Assembly (NCBI GenBank): GCA_020854115.1
Contig: JADZGC010000004.1
Coordinates: 1,665-65,664 of the forward strand
DNA: 64,000 nt
Direction of reading: 5' to 3'
From: a bacterium
GTDB taxonomy: Bacteria; Patescibacteriota; Saccharimonadia; CAILAD01; GCA-016700035
Shown: positions 27,565-36,017 of the stretch, one piece after another
Layout of the letters: every line of letters begins with the position of its first letter
Numbering within the stretch: the stretch's first letter is position 1
Notes under the pieces: model-generated
What the model was told of the DNA's origin: nothing
What the model saw: only the letters and a program-made list of their open reading frames with translations
The model's database searches: none
Made by a program: the position numbers and the translations under genes

Positions 27565-28619
27565 GCTGGTTCGTATATCTCCTCATCACACTTCCACTTG
27601 GCTTTTTGTCTGTTGTGGGGCTTGTACCGGTACTGTCCCGCCTGGCTATCAAGTATGGTGCTGTAGATGATCCAAAGGAAGCATCGCGCAAAGTACACAC
27701 ACGCGTTACACCGCGTATTGGGGGAGTTGCATTATTTGGCACATTCTTCCTGCTTGCACCTCTGCTTGTACGACCGTTGCCCGTAAGTTTTCTGGGACTG
27801 TTTATCGCCTGTGCTCTGGTATTCGGAATAGGTCTATATGATGATTTTCGCCGCGTGAACCCCTGGACGAAGTTACTCGTACAAATTGTAGCTGCCATCA
27901 CTGCTGTTGTCGGGTTTGGGATTCGAGTTGATGTTATCTCCAACCCGTTTGGGCAGCAGCTGATGCTCAATGAATTGTTTGGACCTAGTTTGGCTGCCTC
28001 GGCGATTATTCCGATCGTCATCAGTATCATCTGGTTAGTGGGGATGACGAATACGATTAATTTTCTTGATGGCCTTGATGGGCTGGCTACAGGGGTGAGT
28101 GGGGTGGCGGCTCTGATACTTTTCTTTGTGGCGCTTCTGCCCCGTATCAACCAGCCCGATACTGCCATGATGGCGATTCTGCTACTTGGTGTTTGTCTTG
28201 GTTTTTTGATTTACAATTTTCACCCAGCATCAATATTTCTTGGAGATAGTGGGGCGTATTTCTTAGGTATGTTGCTTGGTTTGCTGTCGATTATCTCTGG
28301 AGCCAAGCTTGCCACAGCGCTGCTTGTGCTCGGGGTGCCTGTGCTGGATGCTGTTTGGGCGGTGGTGCGACGATTGGCTACTGGTAGATCACCGTTTTCG
28401 GCTGATCGAGGGCATATCCACCATTTGCTGCTCGATGTTGGATTTACGCAGACACAGGCCGTGCTCTTGATTTACGCCTTGGCACTTATATTTGGCTTAG
28501 TAGCATTGATCGGGGATGGTCGTGCGAAAGTAATTGCGCTGACATGCTTATGTATCTTGGTGATATTCGGAGTTGCGGTACTAATGCTCGTGCGTCGTCG
28601 CAGGCGAGTCCACCAATAG
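27561..28619 (+). CDS. Polyprenyl-phosphate N-acetylhexosamine-1-phosphate transferase (GT4 MraY/WecA family; WecA-like)
   Basis: The motifs DDFRRV, NTINFLDGLDGLATG and HIHH are present across 10-11 TM helices. The start overlaps the GT2 stop (ATGA). Confidence 0.8.
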   Translation: MSWFVYLLITLPLGFLSVVGLVPVLSRLAIKYGAVDDPKEASRKVHTRVTPRIGGVALFGTFFLLAPLLVRPLPVSFLGLFIACALVFGIGLYDDFRRVNPWTKLLVQIVAAITAVVGFGIRVDVISNPFGQQLMLNELFGPSLAASAIIPIVISIIWLVGMTNTINFLDGLDGLATGVSGVAALILFFVALLPRINQPDTAMMAILLLGVCLGFLIYNFHPASIFLGDSGAYFLGMLLGLLSIISGAKLATALLVLGVPVLDAVWAVVRRLATGRSPFSADRGHIHHLLLDVGFTQTQAVLLIYALALIFGLVALIGDGRAKVIALTCLCILVIFGVAVLMLVRRRRRVHQ

Positions 28620-28634
28620 TCGCCTGATTGACTT

Positions 28635-29030
28635 TTGCTATCTGATTTTGGTATGATTTACGCCAAGAGGGAGTACCGTTTGAGTCCAAGAGCTTTACAG
28701 GAATTGATTAAGAATTTGCGGGTTTTTTACAAATGCCCGTCTTGTTCTGCGGAGTATGAGACCGATGATATCCGCTTTCTGGGAAAGGTCGACCAGCATT
28801 GTTTTATGCAGCTCAATTGCTCGAAGTGTTCGTTGCCCGTTCTTGCCACCGTCTTGCTGTCTGCTCAAGAAGTAAATCACAAGTCACGTCGCAAGCAGAA
28901 GGTACAGCCTTCCAGATCTGGGCTGGGGTTTGATGCCTCAAGGCGCGAACGAACTCGCTTCATGGAGCTCGGTGCTATCTCATCGCAAGAGATCGCGGAC
29001 ATGTACTCATATTTGCGTGATCAAAAGTAA
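28635..29030 (+). CDS. Hypothetical zinc-ribbon protein (CxxC...CxxC)
   Basis: It contains CPSCSAEY...CSKCSLP. No homolog was recognised. The start is uncertain. Confidence 0.4.
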   Translation: MLSDFGMIYAKREYRLSPRALQELIKNLRVFYKCPSCSAEYETDDIRFLGKVDQHCFMQLNCSKCSLPVLATVLLSAQEVNHKSRRKQKVQPSRSGLGFDASRRERTRFMELGAISSQEIADMYSYLRDQK

Positions 29031-29058
29031 AAATTTCTTAGTAAAGGATTAAATAACC

Positions 29059-29736
29059 ATGGTTGAATTTAAGTTAAAGGCTGTTGAGCGAACTCAGCAG
29101 GGCAAGCAAGTGCGACAACTGCGCAAATCTGGTCAGGTGCCGGGCGTTGTCTATGGTCGTGAGGTGGAGAATCGTCTGGTTGCTCTCGATGACCTTACTT
29201 TTAAGCGCATCTATCATCAGGCAGGCCACTCATCATTGGTAGAGTTGGTTCTTGGTGATGATAAGCCAGTTAATGTTCTGATCGCTGACGTTCAGACGGA
29301 CCACCTTGGCAGGATTCTGCACGCAGATCTTCACCAGGTTAAGATGGATGAAGTCGTACGCGCCAATGTACCAGTGAAGCTTATTGGCGATGCTCCGGGT
29401 GTCTTCAATCTCGGCGGGACTCTCGTGCAGCCGCTTGAAGAACTTGAGATTGAGGCACTTCCAGCTGACCTCCCTCAGGCTATCGAGGTAGATATCGCAG
29501 GTCTCGAGAACTTCGACGATAGTATCTCGGTGTCAGATCTGAAGCTTGATAGTAAGCTCGTAGTCCTTACCGACGGGCACGAGCTCATTTGTCGCGTTGA
29601 GGCTCCACGCTCTGATGAAGAGATGGCCGCTCTCGAAGCTGAAATGGGCGACGAGCTGCCTGAGGATCTGGCAGAAGAGAAACAGGCTGCTGAAACCGCC
29701 GCTGAAGAGTCCAAAGAAGCCAAACCTGGCGAATAA
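29059..29736 (+). CDS. rplY: 50S ribosomal protein L25 / general stress protein Ctc (long form)
   Basis: The N-terminus MVEFKLKAVERTQQGKQVRQLRKSGQVPGVVYG is typical of L25. An acidic C-terminal tail follows. Confidence 0.85.
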   Translation: MVEFKLKAVERTQQGKQVRQLRKSGQVPGVVYGREVENRLVALDDLTFKRIYHQAGHSSLVELVLGDDKPVNVLIADVQTDHLGRILHADLHQVKMDEVVRANVPVKLIGDAPGVFNLGGTLVQPLEELEIEALPADLPQAIEVDIAGLENFDDSISVSDLKLDSKLVVLTDGHELICRVEAPRSDEEMAALEAEMGDELPEDLAEEKQAAETAAEESKEAKPGE

Positions 29737-29756
29737 AACCTAGTTAGTCGAGAGTA

Positions 29757-29782
29757 GAAAAGCCCCCTCATGGGGGCTTTTC
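29757..29782. terminator. Palindromic terminator gaaaagccccc-tcat-gggggcttttc
   Basis: It has an 11-bp perfect stem flanked by A-rich and T-rich tracts. It lies between convergent rplY and nrdR. Confidence 0.7.
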
Positions 29783-29827
29783 TTGTAGTTAGGGATATGC
29801 ATAATGAATGTGCTATAGCATGGTATA

Positions 29828-30277
29828 TCAGTAGTGCTTAATTGCTGCCTTTATATCTGATTTGGTGCGGACATCAAGGTGGGCTACTAGATAGTTCATA
29901 AAAACCTTCACGTCGATAGGCTTGAGCGTAGCCAGCGTGATCTGACGTATAAGTTCGTTAGGGATCTCTTCTTGCCCGCGTTCTAGAAGCTTGTACTCGA
30001 TGCTGTCGACGAGATTGTCGATATCAATCGCGCTGAGCTGTTCTTCAGGAACGGCTTTGAGGATTGAGCTAAATAAAAATGAGCGGCGGTAGGGGGTCGG
30101 ATTTGATTGCTGCTGCTCCGAACGCACCTGGATAAAAGATAAATCTTGCCGCTCATAGGTCGTTGAGACCTTGCCACAGTCCGCACATCGACGTCGCCGC
30201 CATATCTGGCTGCCACCTCGTGTCGAGCGCGTGTTCACCACCTCACTGTGGGGTGATCTGCATTTCGTGCAAATCAT
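29828..30277 (-). CDS. nrdR: Transcriptional repressor NrdR (Zn-ribbon + ATP-cone)
   Basis: The N-terminus reads MICTKCRSPHSEVVNTRSTRGGSQIWRRRRCADCGKVSTTYERQ. The length is 149 aa. Confidence 0.85.
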   Translation of the reverse strand: MICTKCRSPHSEVVNTRSTRGGSQIWRRRRCADCGKVSTTYERQDLSFIQVRSEQQQSNPTPYRRSFLFSSILKAVPEEQLSAIDIDNLVDSIEYKLLERGQEEIPNELIRQITLATLKPIDVKVFMNYLVAHLDVRTKSDIKAAIKHY

Positions 30278-30411
30278 GTATATATATTGTCATATCACTT
30301 ATGGTTGGTGCAAGTGGATAACTTTCCAAAGTTGTGGATAAGTGAAGAACTTCTTGTAGATATGTACGTATAATGTTCGTATAATAAGATACAAAAAGAG
30401 AGGATATGGGT

Positions 30412-31662
30412 ATGCTTGAGAAAATGCTTCGCCAACAACCACAGGATTATCGGACTTTGTATATCGATATGGATAGCTTCTTTGCTTCGGCCGAGCAGCA
30501 GCGTCGAGCTGAACTTAGGGGAAAGCCAGTTGGAGTTTGTCCCTTTGTATCTGATAATGGCTGCATTGTAGCTGCCTCCCGAGAGGCGAAGCGGATGGGA
30601 GTGAAGACGGCGATGCGAGTCTCGGAGGCCCGTCGGCGTGTGCCGGGTATTATTTTGGTGAGAGATACGCCCCAATACTATCGAGCGATTCATGCAGAGG
30701 TATTAAGGATTCTTGAAGCAACCTTATGTCGCTTGGATGTGCGGGGTATAGATGAGATGCGGCTGGAGATCCCCTCGTATATGCGGACTGCCAGCCAGGT
30801 AGAGGAATTAATTCGGTATATAAAACAATCTCTTCGAGATAGGTTGGGTGAAGTGTTAACTGCTTCAATCGGTATCGGTTCCAATGGCTGGCAAGCCAAA
30901 CAGGCTGCATCATTCAATAAGCCAGATGGGTTATTTGTCTTGAGGCAGAGTGATCTAGCGGAGTTTTATGCGCAGCGTAAACTTATCGACTGTACGGGCA
31001 TTAGGCACCGCATGAGTCGACGACTCTATAGTATGGGAATCCAATCGGTCCTTGATTTGTATCATGCTCCGGAGCCACTCTTGCGCAAGGAATTAGGTAT
31101 TAGTGGCACAAAATGGTACTTACGACTGCGAGGCTTTGAGGTAGACCAACGACCTGAGACGCTCAAGAAATCAATAGGACACCAGACGACACTTATGCCG
31201 CGGCCGGCTGAGACCCTTGCAGATCTGGAGGGGATGCTGGTAAAGATGCTTCTGAAAGTAGGATATCGTTTGCGAGCAACGCATCGGTTGGCGCGCGGCA
31301 TGATGATATCGGTGCGTTTTATTGACGGCGGAGGATGGAGTAAGGCTATTCGTCATATGACTCCAGTGGCGAGCCATGCCGGGCTAGTTGCCGAGATGGA
31401 GCAGCTGACTAAGCCTTTAGGGAGTCGATATCGACCAGTGAAGAAGGCTACTATCGTGACTTTTGACTTTGTGGCTGAAGGACAACAATCATACTTGCCA
31501 TTAGAGAGCGATAGGCAGCTTGCCCTGTCTCGTGCACTAGATGAGCTGAGAGGAAGATTCGGGGCTCGTGCAGTGATGACTGGTTCGGGGGTTTCACGGG
31601 ATATTTTCCCGGATCGGATTGGGTTTGGGGCACCCGAGCGACTCTTGTTGCCAGGTGATTAG
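30412..31662 (+). CDS. dinB: DNA polymerase IV (Y-family, DinB)
   Basis: It has YIDMDSFFASAE and SIGIGSNGWQAKQAASFNKPDG. SD AAGAGAGGA is followed by the second ATG at 30412; the first ATG is at 30406. Confidence 0.85.
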   Translation: MLEKMLRQQPQDYRTLYIDMDSFFASAEQQRRAELRGKPVGVCPFVSDNGCIVAASREAKRMGVKTAMRVSEARRRVPGIILVRDTPQYYRAIHAEVLRILEATLCRLDVRGIDEMRLEIPSYMRTASQVEELIRYIKQSLRDRLGEVLTASIGIGSNGWQAKQAASFNKPDGLFVLRQSDLAEFYAQRKLIDCTGIRHRMSRRLYSMGIQSVLDLYHAPEPLLRKELGISGTKWYLRLRGFEVDQRPETLKKSIGHQTTLMPRPAETLADLEGMLVKMLLKVGYRLRATHRLARGMMISVRFIDGGGWSKAIRHMTPVASHAGLVAEMEQLTKPLGSRYRPVKKATIVTFDFVAEGQQSYLPLESDRQLALSRALDELRGRFGARAVMTGSGVSRDIFPDRIGFGAPERLLLPGD

Positions 31663-31664
31663 TC

Positions 31665-31693
31665 TTGCAAAAGTCTTTCTTTCCAGATATACT
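31665..31693 (+). promoter_or_regulatory. Promoter for tRNA-Val (TTGCAA-17-TATACT)
   Basis: -35 lies at 31665-31670 and -10 at 31688-31693. The tRNA 5' end is at 31706. Confidence 0.45.
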
Positions 31694-31705
31694 GACCTGG
31701 TTTTC

Positions 31706-31782
31706 GGGTCCTTAGCTCAGTTGGCTAGAGCGCTTCCTTGACGTGGAAGAGGTCAGAGGTTCGAGTCCCCTAGGACCCACCA
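31706..31782 (+). tRNA. tRNA-Val (anticodon GAC)
   Basis: The cloverleaf is GGGTCCT...TTGACGT...AGGACCC-A-CCA. Confidence 0.9.
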
Positions 31783-31789
31783 TTTGGTG

Positions 31790-31975
31790 TATACTTAATT
31801 ACATAGTTGAAGAGGGCGTTTGAGGGTGGCCTAACCAGCCAAACAAGCCCCGTACTCATGGGCGTAACACATGAGAGAAGAGTGATTCGCTCGCCGCGAA
31901 TAAATCTGGTGGAACCCCCCGATGATCGGGGCCAGATAATTGAGGTGGGTGTTTTTGTTTGTATTAAGGAGAATA
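31790..31975 (+). promoter_or_regulatory. Putative T-box-like leader upstream of thrS
   Basis: AAATCTGGTGGAACC (31902-31916) resembles the T-box sequence AAUUAGGGUGGNACC. A terminator-like stem ACCCCCC/GGTGGGT is followed by GTTTTTGTTTG. The UGGA bulge would pair with the UCCA end of tRNA-Thr. Confidence 0.3.
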
Positions 31976-31980
31976 TTCTG

Positions 31981-33789
31981 ATGGATGAAAAATTACATGC
32001 GATGCGACATAGTGCGGCCCACGTCTTGGCTGCGGCAATCCAGAAGCTTTATCCTGAAGCTCAGTTCGGTGTTGGCCCGGTTATCGATAACGGCTTTTAT
32101 TATGATGTACGCACCGATCAGCCGCTCACGGAGTCGGATCTCAAGCAGGTAGAAAAAGAGATGCGAAACATAATTCGACGTAATCTTCCGATGAAACGAG
32201 AAGAATGGAGTATTGATCGAGCAATAGATTATTTCAAAGAGCACAAGCAACCCTACAAAGTAGAATTGCTGCAAGATTTACAACAGCATGGTACAACGAA
32301 GCTCAAGGATTTCAAGAGCGAAGACCTTGGATTAGGTAATAGTGATGAAAAAATTACAACAATAACCATCTACAAGACAGGTGATTTTGTAGACCTCTGT
32401 AAGGGTCCTCATGCCGATTCTACAGGAGAAGTAGGTGCGTTTAAGCTCAATAAATTAGCAGGTGCATATTGGCGAGGGGACGAGAAACGAGATCAATTAC
32501 AGCGCATATATGGTCTAGGCTTTGAGACGCAGGCTCAACTAGATGAGTATTTGCAAGAGCTAGAGGATGTCGCGAAGCGTGACCACCGAAAGCTTGGGCA
32601 AGAACTTGATCTGTTTACGTTTTCGGACTTGGTTGGACCGGGTCTACCGCTCTACACACCAAGGGGTACGTTGGTCATGGAGTCTCTTAAGGACGCATTA
32701 CGCCAGATTGGTCAGAAATACGGCATGCAATTTGTATCTATCCCGCATATCGCCAAGCGAGATTTATACGAGGTATCTGGTCATGCGGCGAAGTTTGGTA
32801 ATGAGTTGTTTGAGGTACATTCACATTTCGTGCAAGACTTCGTAATGAAGCCAGTGAACTGCCCACATCACACGCAAATCTATGCTGCTCGACCGAGAAG
32901 TTACCGCGATCTACCGATTCGTATGGCCGAGATGACCATGCAGTATCGTGATGAGAAGCCTGGTGAGATAGGTGGCCTTACTCGTACTCGCGGGTTTACC
33001 GTTGATGACGGGCATGTGTTCTGTCGAGTCGATCAAATCCAAGAAGAAGTGAAAGTACTGGTTCGAATAATAAAAGAGTTCTATTCAGGATTTGGTCTGT
33101 GGGGGAAGCATTGGGTATCGTTATCATTGCGCGATCCGAATAATATGGATGGCTATGTTGGCGAATTATCAGATTGGGAAGAGGCTGAGAGGATGCTCGC
33201 GGATCTCGCTCGAGAGGAGGCTCTTGATGCCAAGCCGATGCCTGGTGAGGCGGCTATTTATGGTCCGAAGTTAGATTTTATGTTTGTCGACGCGCTTGGT
33301 CGTGAGCGACAACTTGCTACTATTCAACTTGATTTTGCCATGCCAAAACGTTTCGGTCTCACGTACGTCGATCAGTCTGGGGCCGAGCAGACTCCTGTAA
33401 TGATTCATCGTGCAATATTGGGTTCATTCGAGCGCTTTATGGCAATCATAATTGAGCATTACGCGGGTGCATTTCCGGTATGGCTAGCGCCAGAACAAGT
33501 CAGAGTCTTACCGGTATCAGAAAAGTATGTAGAGTATGGGCGTACCGCATTTGAGACCTTACGCTCAGCTGGAGTGCGCGTCGAAATAGACGATACGAAT
33601 GAGTCACTTGGTAAACGAATACGTAACGCTGAGCTATTTAAGGTGCCGTATAGTCTTGTAGTTGGTGAGCGCGAAGCAGAAAACAGTACTGTGGCTGTAA
33701 GGAAATATGGCGAGGGCGACCAGGGAGTAATGAAACTTGATGAGTTTGTTGCAAAAATCACCACGGAAATCAAAGAGCGCACTGTTTAA
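31981..33789 (+). CDS. thrS: Threonyl-tRNA synthetase lacking the N-terminal TGS (N1) domain
   Basis: It starts MDEKLHAMRHSAAHVLAAAIQKLYPEAQFGVGPVIDNGFYYD, which aligns to the E. coli ThrRS N2 editing domain. Class II motifs and the anticodon-binding domain are present. The ORF-track start at 31807 lies in the leader. Confidence 0.9.
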   Translation: MDEKLHAMRHSAAHVLAAAIQKLYPEAQFGVGPVIDNGFYYDVRTDQPLTESDLKQVEKEMRNIIRRNLPMKREEWSIDRAIDYFKEHKQPYKVELLQDLQQHGTTKLKDFKSEDLGLGNSDEKITTITIYKTGDFVDLCKGPHADSTGEVGAFKLNKLAGAYWRGDEKRDQLQRIYGLGFETQAQLDEYLQELEDVAKRDHRKLGQELDLFTFSDLVGPGLPLYTPRGTLVMESLKDALRQIGQKYGMQFVSIPHIAKRDLYEVSGHAAKFGNELFEVHSHFVQDFVMKPVNCPHHTQIYAARPRSYRDLPIRMAEMTMQYRDEKPGEIGGLTRTRGFTVDDGHVFCRVDQIQEEVKVLVRIIKEFYSGFGLWGKHWVSLSLRDPNNMDGYVGELSDWEEAERMLADLAREEALDAKPMPGEAAIYGPKLDFMFVDALGRERQLATIQLDFAMPKRFGLTYVDQSGAEQTPVMIHRAILGSFERFMAIIIEHYAGAFPVWLAPEQVRVLPVSEKYVEYGRTAFETLRSAGVRVEIDDTNESLGKRIRNAELFKVPYSLVVGEREAENSTVAVRKYGEGDQGVMKLDEFVAKITTEIKERTV

Positions 33790-34669
33790 TCGATCTGGAC
33801 CACTAGTTGTTATAGTGGGTCAGACAGCAAGCGGGAAGTCAGCGCTTGCTATGCAGATAGCTAAAAAGCATGACGGTGAGATAGTATGCGCTGATTCACG
33901 CACGGTTTATAAAGGCATGGATATTGGAACGGCTAAGCCGCCAAAAGCCGATCAGAAAAAAGTTCAGCATTATCTCCTAGACATAGTAGATTCCTCCGAG
34001 AGAATGTCGGCGCATGATTTTGTTCGATTATCAAAAAAAGCTTTAAATAGTATTTGGTCTCGAAATAAGTTGCCAATTGTTGTTGGTGGCAGTGGCATGT
34101 ATATAGATGCACTGATATTTGGGTATACATTTCGTAATAATGATGTAGTGCCCCTTAAGAGATACGAACAAATGAGCCTTAGCCAATTACAGAGCGAGGC
34201 TAAGCAGCGGTTTGGTGGCGTGATTAGCGAACAGGATTACAAGAATCCACGCCGCTTACAGGCACTTCTGCAGCGAGGGTTTGCGAGTAATAATGATAGG
34301 TCGGCACTGAATCTTGATTGCCTTGTATTGGGTCTGGAATTATCTGATGGAGTATTAAAAGAACGGATCCGTTTGCGAACCAAGGAGATGTTTACAGACG
34401 GTTTCACAAATGAGGTGAAGCGATTGCTGAAAAAATATCCCCCGTCCGCACCAGGATTGCAGGCAACTGGTTATCGAGAGGTTGTCGATGGTCTAGAGAA
34501 TGGTCTAGATAAGGATAAAATTGCTCAGGCTGTAGAGCGTGCGACTTGGCAGCTTGCACGCAAGCAGCGAACTTGGTTTCGTAGGAATAAACACATTCAA
34601 TGGATGCAGTCGTCAGATCAGGCCATTCGAGAGGTGTCTATCTATCTCGAACAATCGAAGCTACAATAA
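33737..34669 (+). CDS. miaA: tRNA dimethylallyltransferase MiaA
   Basis: It has the P-loop GQTASGKSALAMQIAKKHDGEIVCADSRTVYKGMDIGTAKP. The start overlaps the thrS 3' end (ATG 33737; a TTG at 33746 is an alternative). Confidence 0.8.
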   Translation: MMSLLQKSPRKSKSALFNRSGPLVVIVGQTASGKSALAMQIAKKHDGEIVCADSRTVYKGMDIGTAKPPKADQKKVQHYLLDIVDSSERMSAHDFVRLSKKALNSIWSRNKLPIVVGGSGMYIDALIFGYTFRNNDVVPLKRYEQMSLSQLQSEAKQRFGGVISEQDYKNPRRLQALLQRGFASNNDRSALNLDCLVLGLELSDGVLKERIRLRTKEMFTDGFTNEVKRLLKKYPPSAPGLQATGYREVVDGLENGLDKDKIAQAVERATWQLARKQRTWFRRNKHIQWMQSSDQAIREVSIYLEQSKLQ

Positions 34670-34673
34670 GTGT

Positions 34674-36017
34674 ATGAAGTTGCGTGGTGATGTAAGCGAG
34701 AAAGCCGGTCGAATCATCGATTGGAGCATGAGTTTGATAGGGCGTAGATCAACTGCACTGCCAGGGTATGTGGCGGAGCGTATCGACCCTAAGGTGTTGT
34801 ATAAAATACTGCAAAAGCGTCGATTCTCTGAACGCATTATAGTTACAGGTACTAATGGGAAAACCACCACCACACTGTTGCTAAAAAATGTACTGCAGGC
34901 TGCAGGATATGCAGTCGTTAACAATGACTCTGGGTCAAACTTAAGTCGAGGTGTGCTGACTACGCTTTTGCAAGACTTGCGTCAAGGTGATCGTACGGTC
35001 TTACTTCTGGAGGTAGACGAGGCGAGTATGCCTGTCGTAGTAGATGCCGTGCAGCCGACTCATATTGTTGTGATGAATCTATTCCGCGATCAGCTCGATC
35101 GCTATGGGGAAGTAACGACAACCCAACAGATAATTAAGCATGCACTTGATAAAGCTCCAGATGCAAAGCTCATTCTAAACGCTGATGATCCGTGGGTGGC
35201 TATGCTCGGTCGAGATAAGAGTTCGCATTTCTTTGGATTGAGTGTTGCACGAAATCTCACGTTACCTCATGACTTCGCGGCCGACATCCCTGTGGCGTCA
35301 TCCGGTGCGGGTTTTAGTTATTCTCGACGTTACTTTGGGCACTTAGGGCATTACGCGGCAAACGATGGTAGCTTCCGAAGGCCTAAGCCAGAAGTGCAGG
35401 TATTGAATTATGTAGTTGAAAATAATCATTTGCAGCGCCTTAGGTTAACGTTGTCAAATAAGCAACATTCTATAAATACACATCTTAGGGGTATATATAA
35501 TGCCTACAATATATCTGCTGTAATGCTTACATCAATGATTTTAAAAATTAATCTCGCTACCGCAATTAAGGCGATTGAGCATACTGCACCTGCATTTGGC
35601 AGGCAAGAGAAAGTGGCCGTTCAAGGGGTGGAGTATGACTTTCAGCTCATCAAGAACCCAATCGGGTTTAACCAGGTAATACAAGAGTTTTGTATGGATC
35701 CACGGGATAACAGACCGATTGTATTTGCTATTAATGATAATTTTGCTGATGGTAGAGATGTATCTTGGTTATGGGATGTTGCAATAGAGGATATACAGAC
35801 AGGCGGACCATGCATAACCTCTGGCATTAGGGCGTATGATATGGCGTTACGTTTGCAGTACGCAGGGATAGAGTGCGAGGTTATACCAGATATCCGGCAA
35901 GCCCTACACCGAGCCGCGACTATAGCCTCGGTGCCAGGTGTGCGCATATTGCCGACCTATACGGCGCTCTTAGAGATTAGGAAGCAGTTTGCATTAAAGC
36001 TGGAGCATGCGTCATGA
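34674..36017 (+). CDS. murT: Lipid II isoglutaminyl synthase subunit MurT (Mur-ligase domain + DUF1727)
   Basis: It has VTGTNGKTTTT and a C-terminal DUF1727-like region. It is followed by gatD with an ATGA overlap. Confidence 0.8.
   Translation: MKLRGDVSEKAGRIIDWSMSLIGRRSTALPGYVAERIDPKVLYKILQKRRFSERIIVTGTNGKTTTTLLLKNVLQAAGYAVVNNDSGSNLSRGVLTTLLQDLRQGDRTVLLLEVDEASMPVVVDAVQPTHIVVMNLFRDQLDRYGEVTTTQQIIKHALDKAPDAKLILNADDPWVAMLGRDKSSHFFGLSVARNLTLPHDFAADIPVASSGAGFSYSRRYFGHLGHYAANDGSFRRPKPEVQVLNYVVENNHLQRLRLTLSNKQHSINTHLRGIYNAYNISAVMLTSMILKINLATAIKAIEHTAPAFGRQEKVAVQGVEYDFQLIKNPIGFNQVIQEFCMDPRDNRPIVFAINDNFADGRDVSWLWDVAIEDIQTGGPCITSGIRAYDMALRLQYAGIECEVIPDIRQALHRAATIASVPGVRILPTYTALLEIRKQFALKLEHAS

Noticed and set aside
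30278-30360. A search for an NrdR-box palindrome upstream of nrdR/dinB.
   Set aside because: No 16-bp palindrome of the acaCwAtATaTwGtgt type was found. Only AT-rich sequence and a poor half-site are present.
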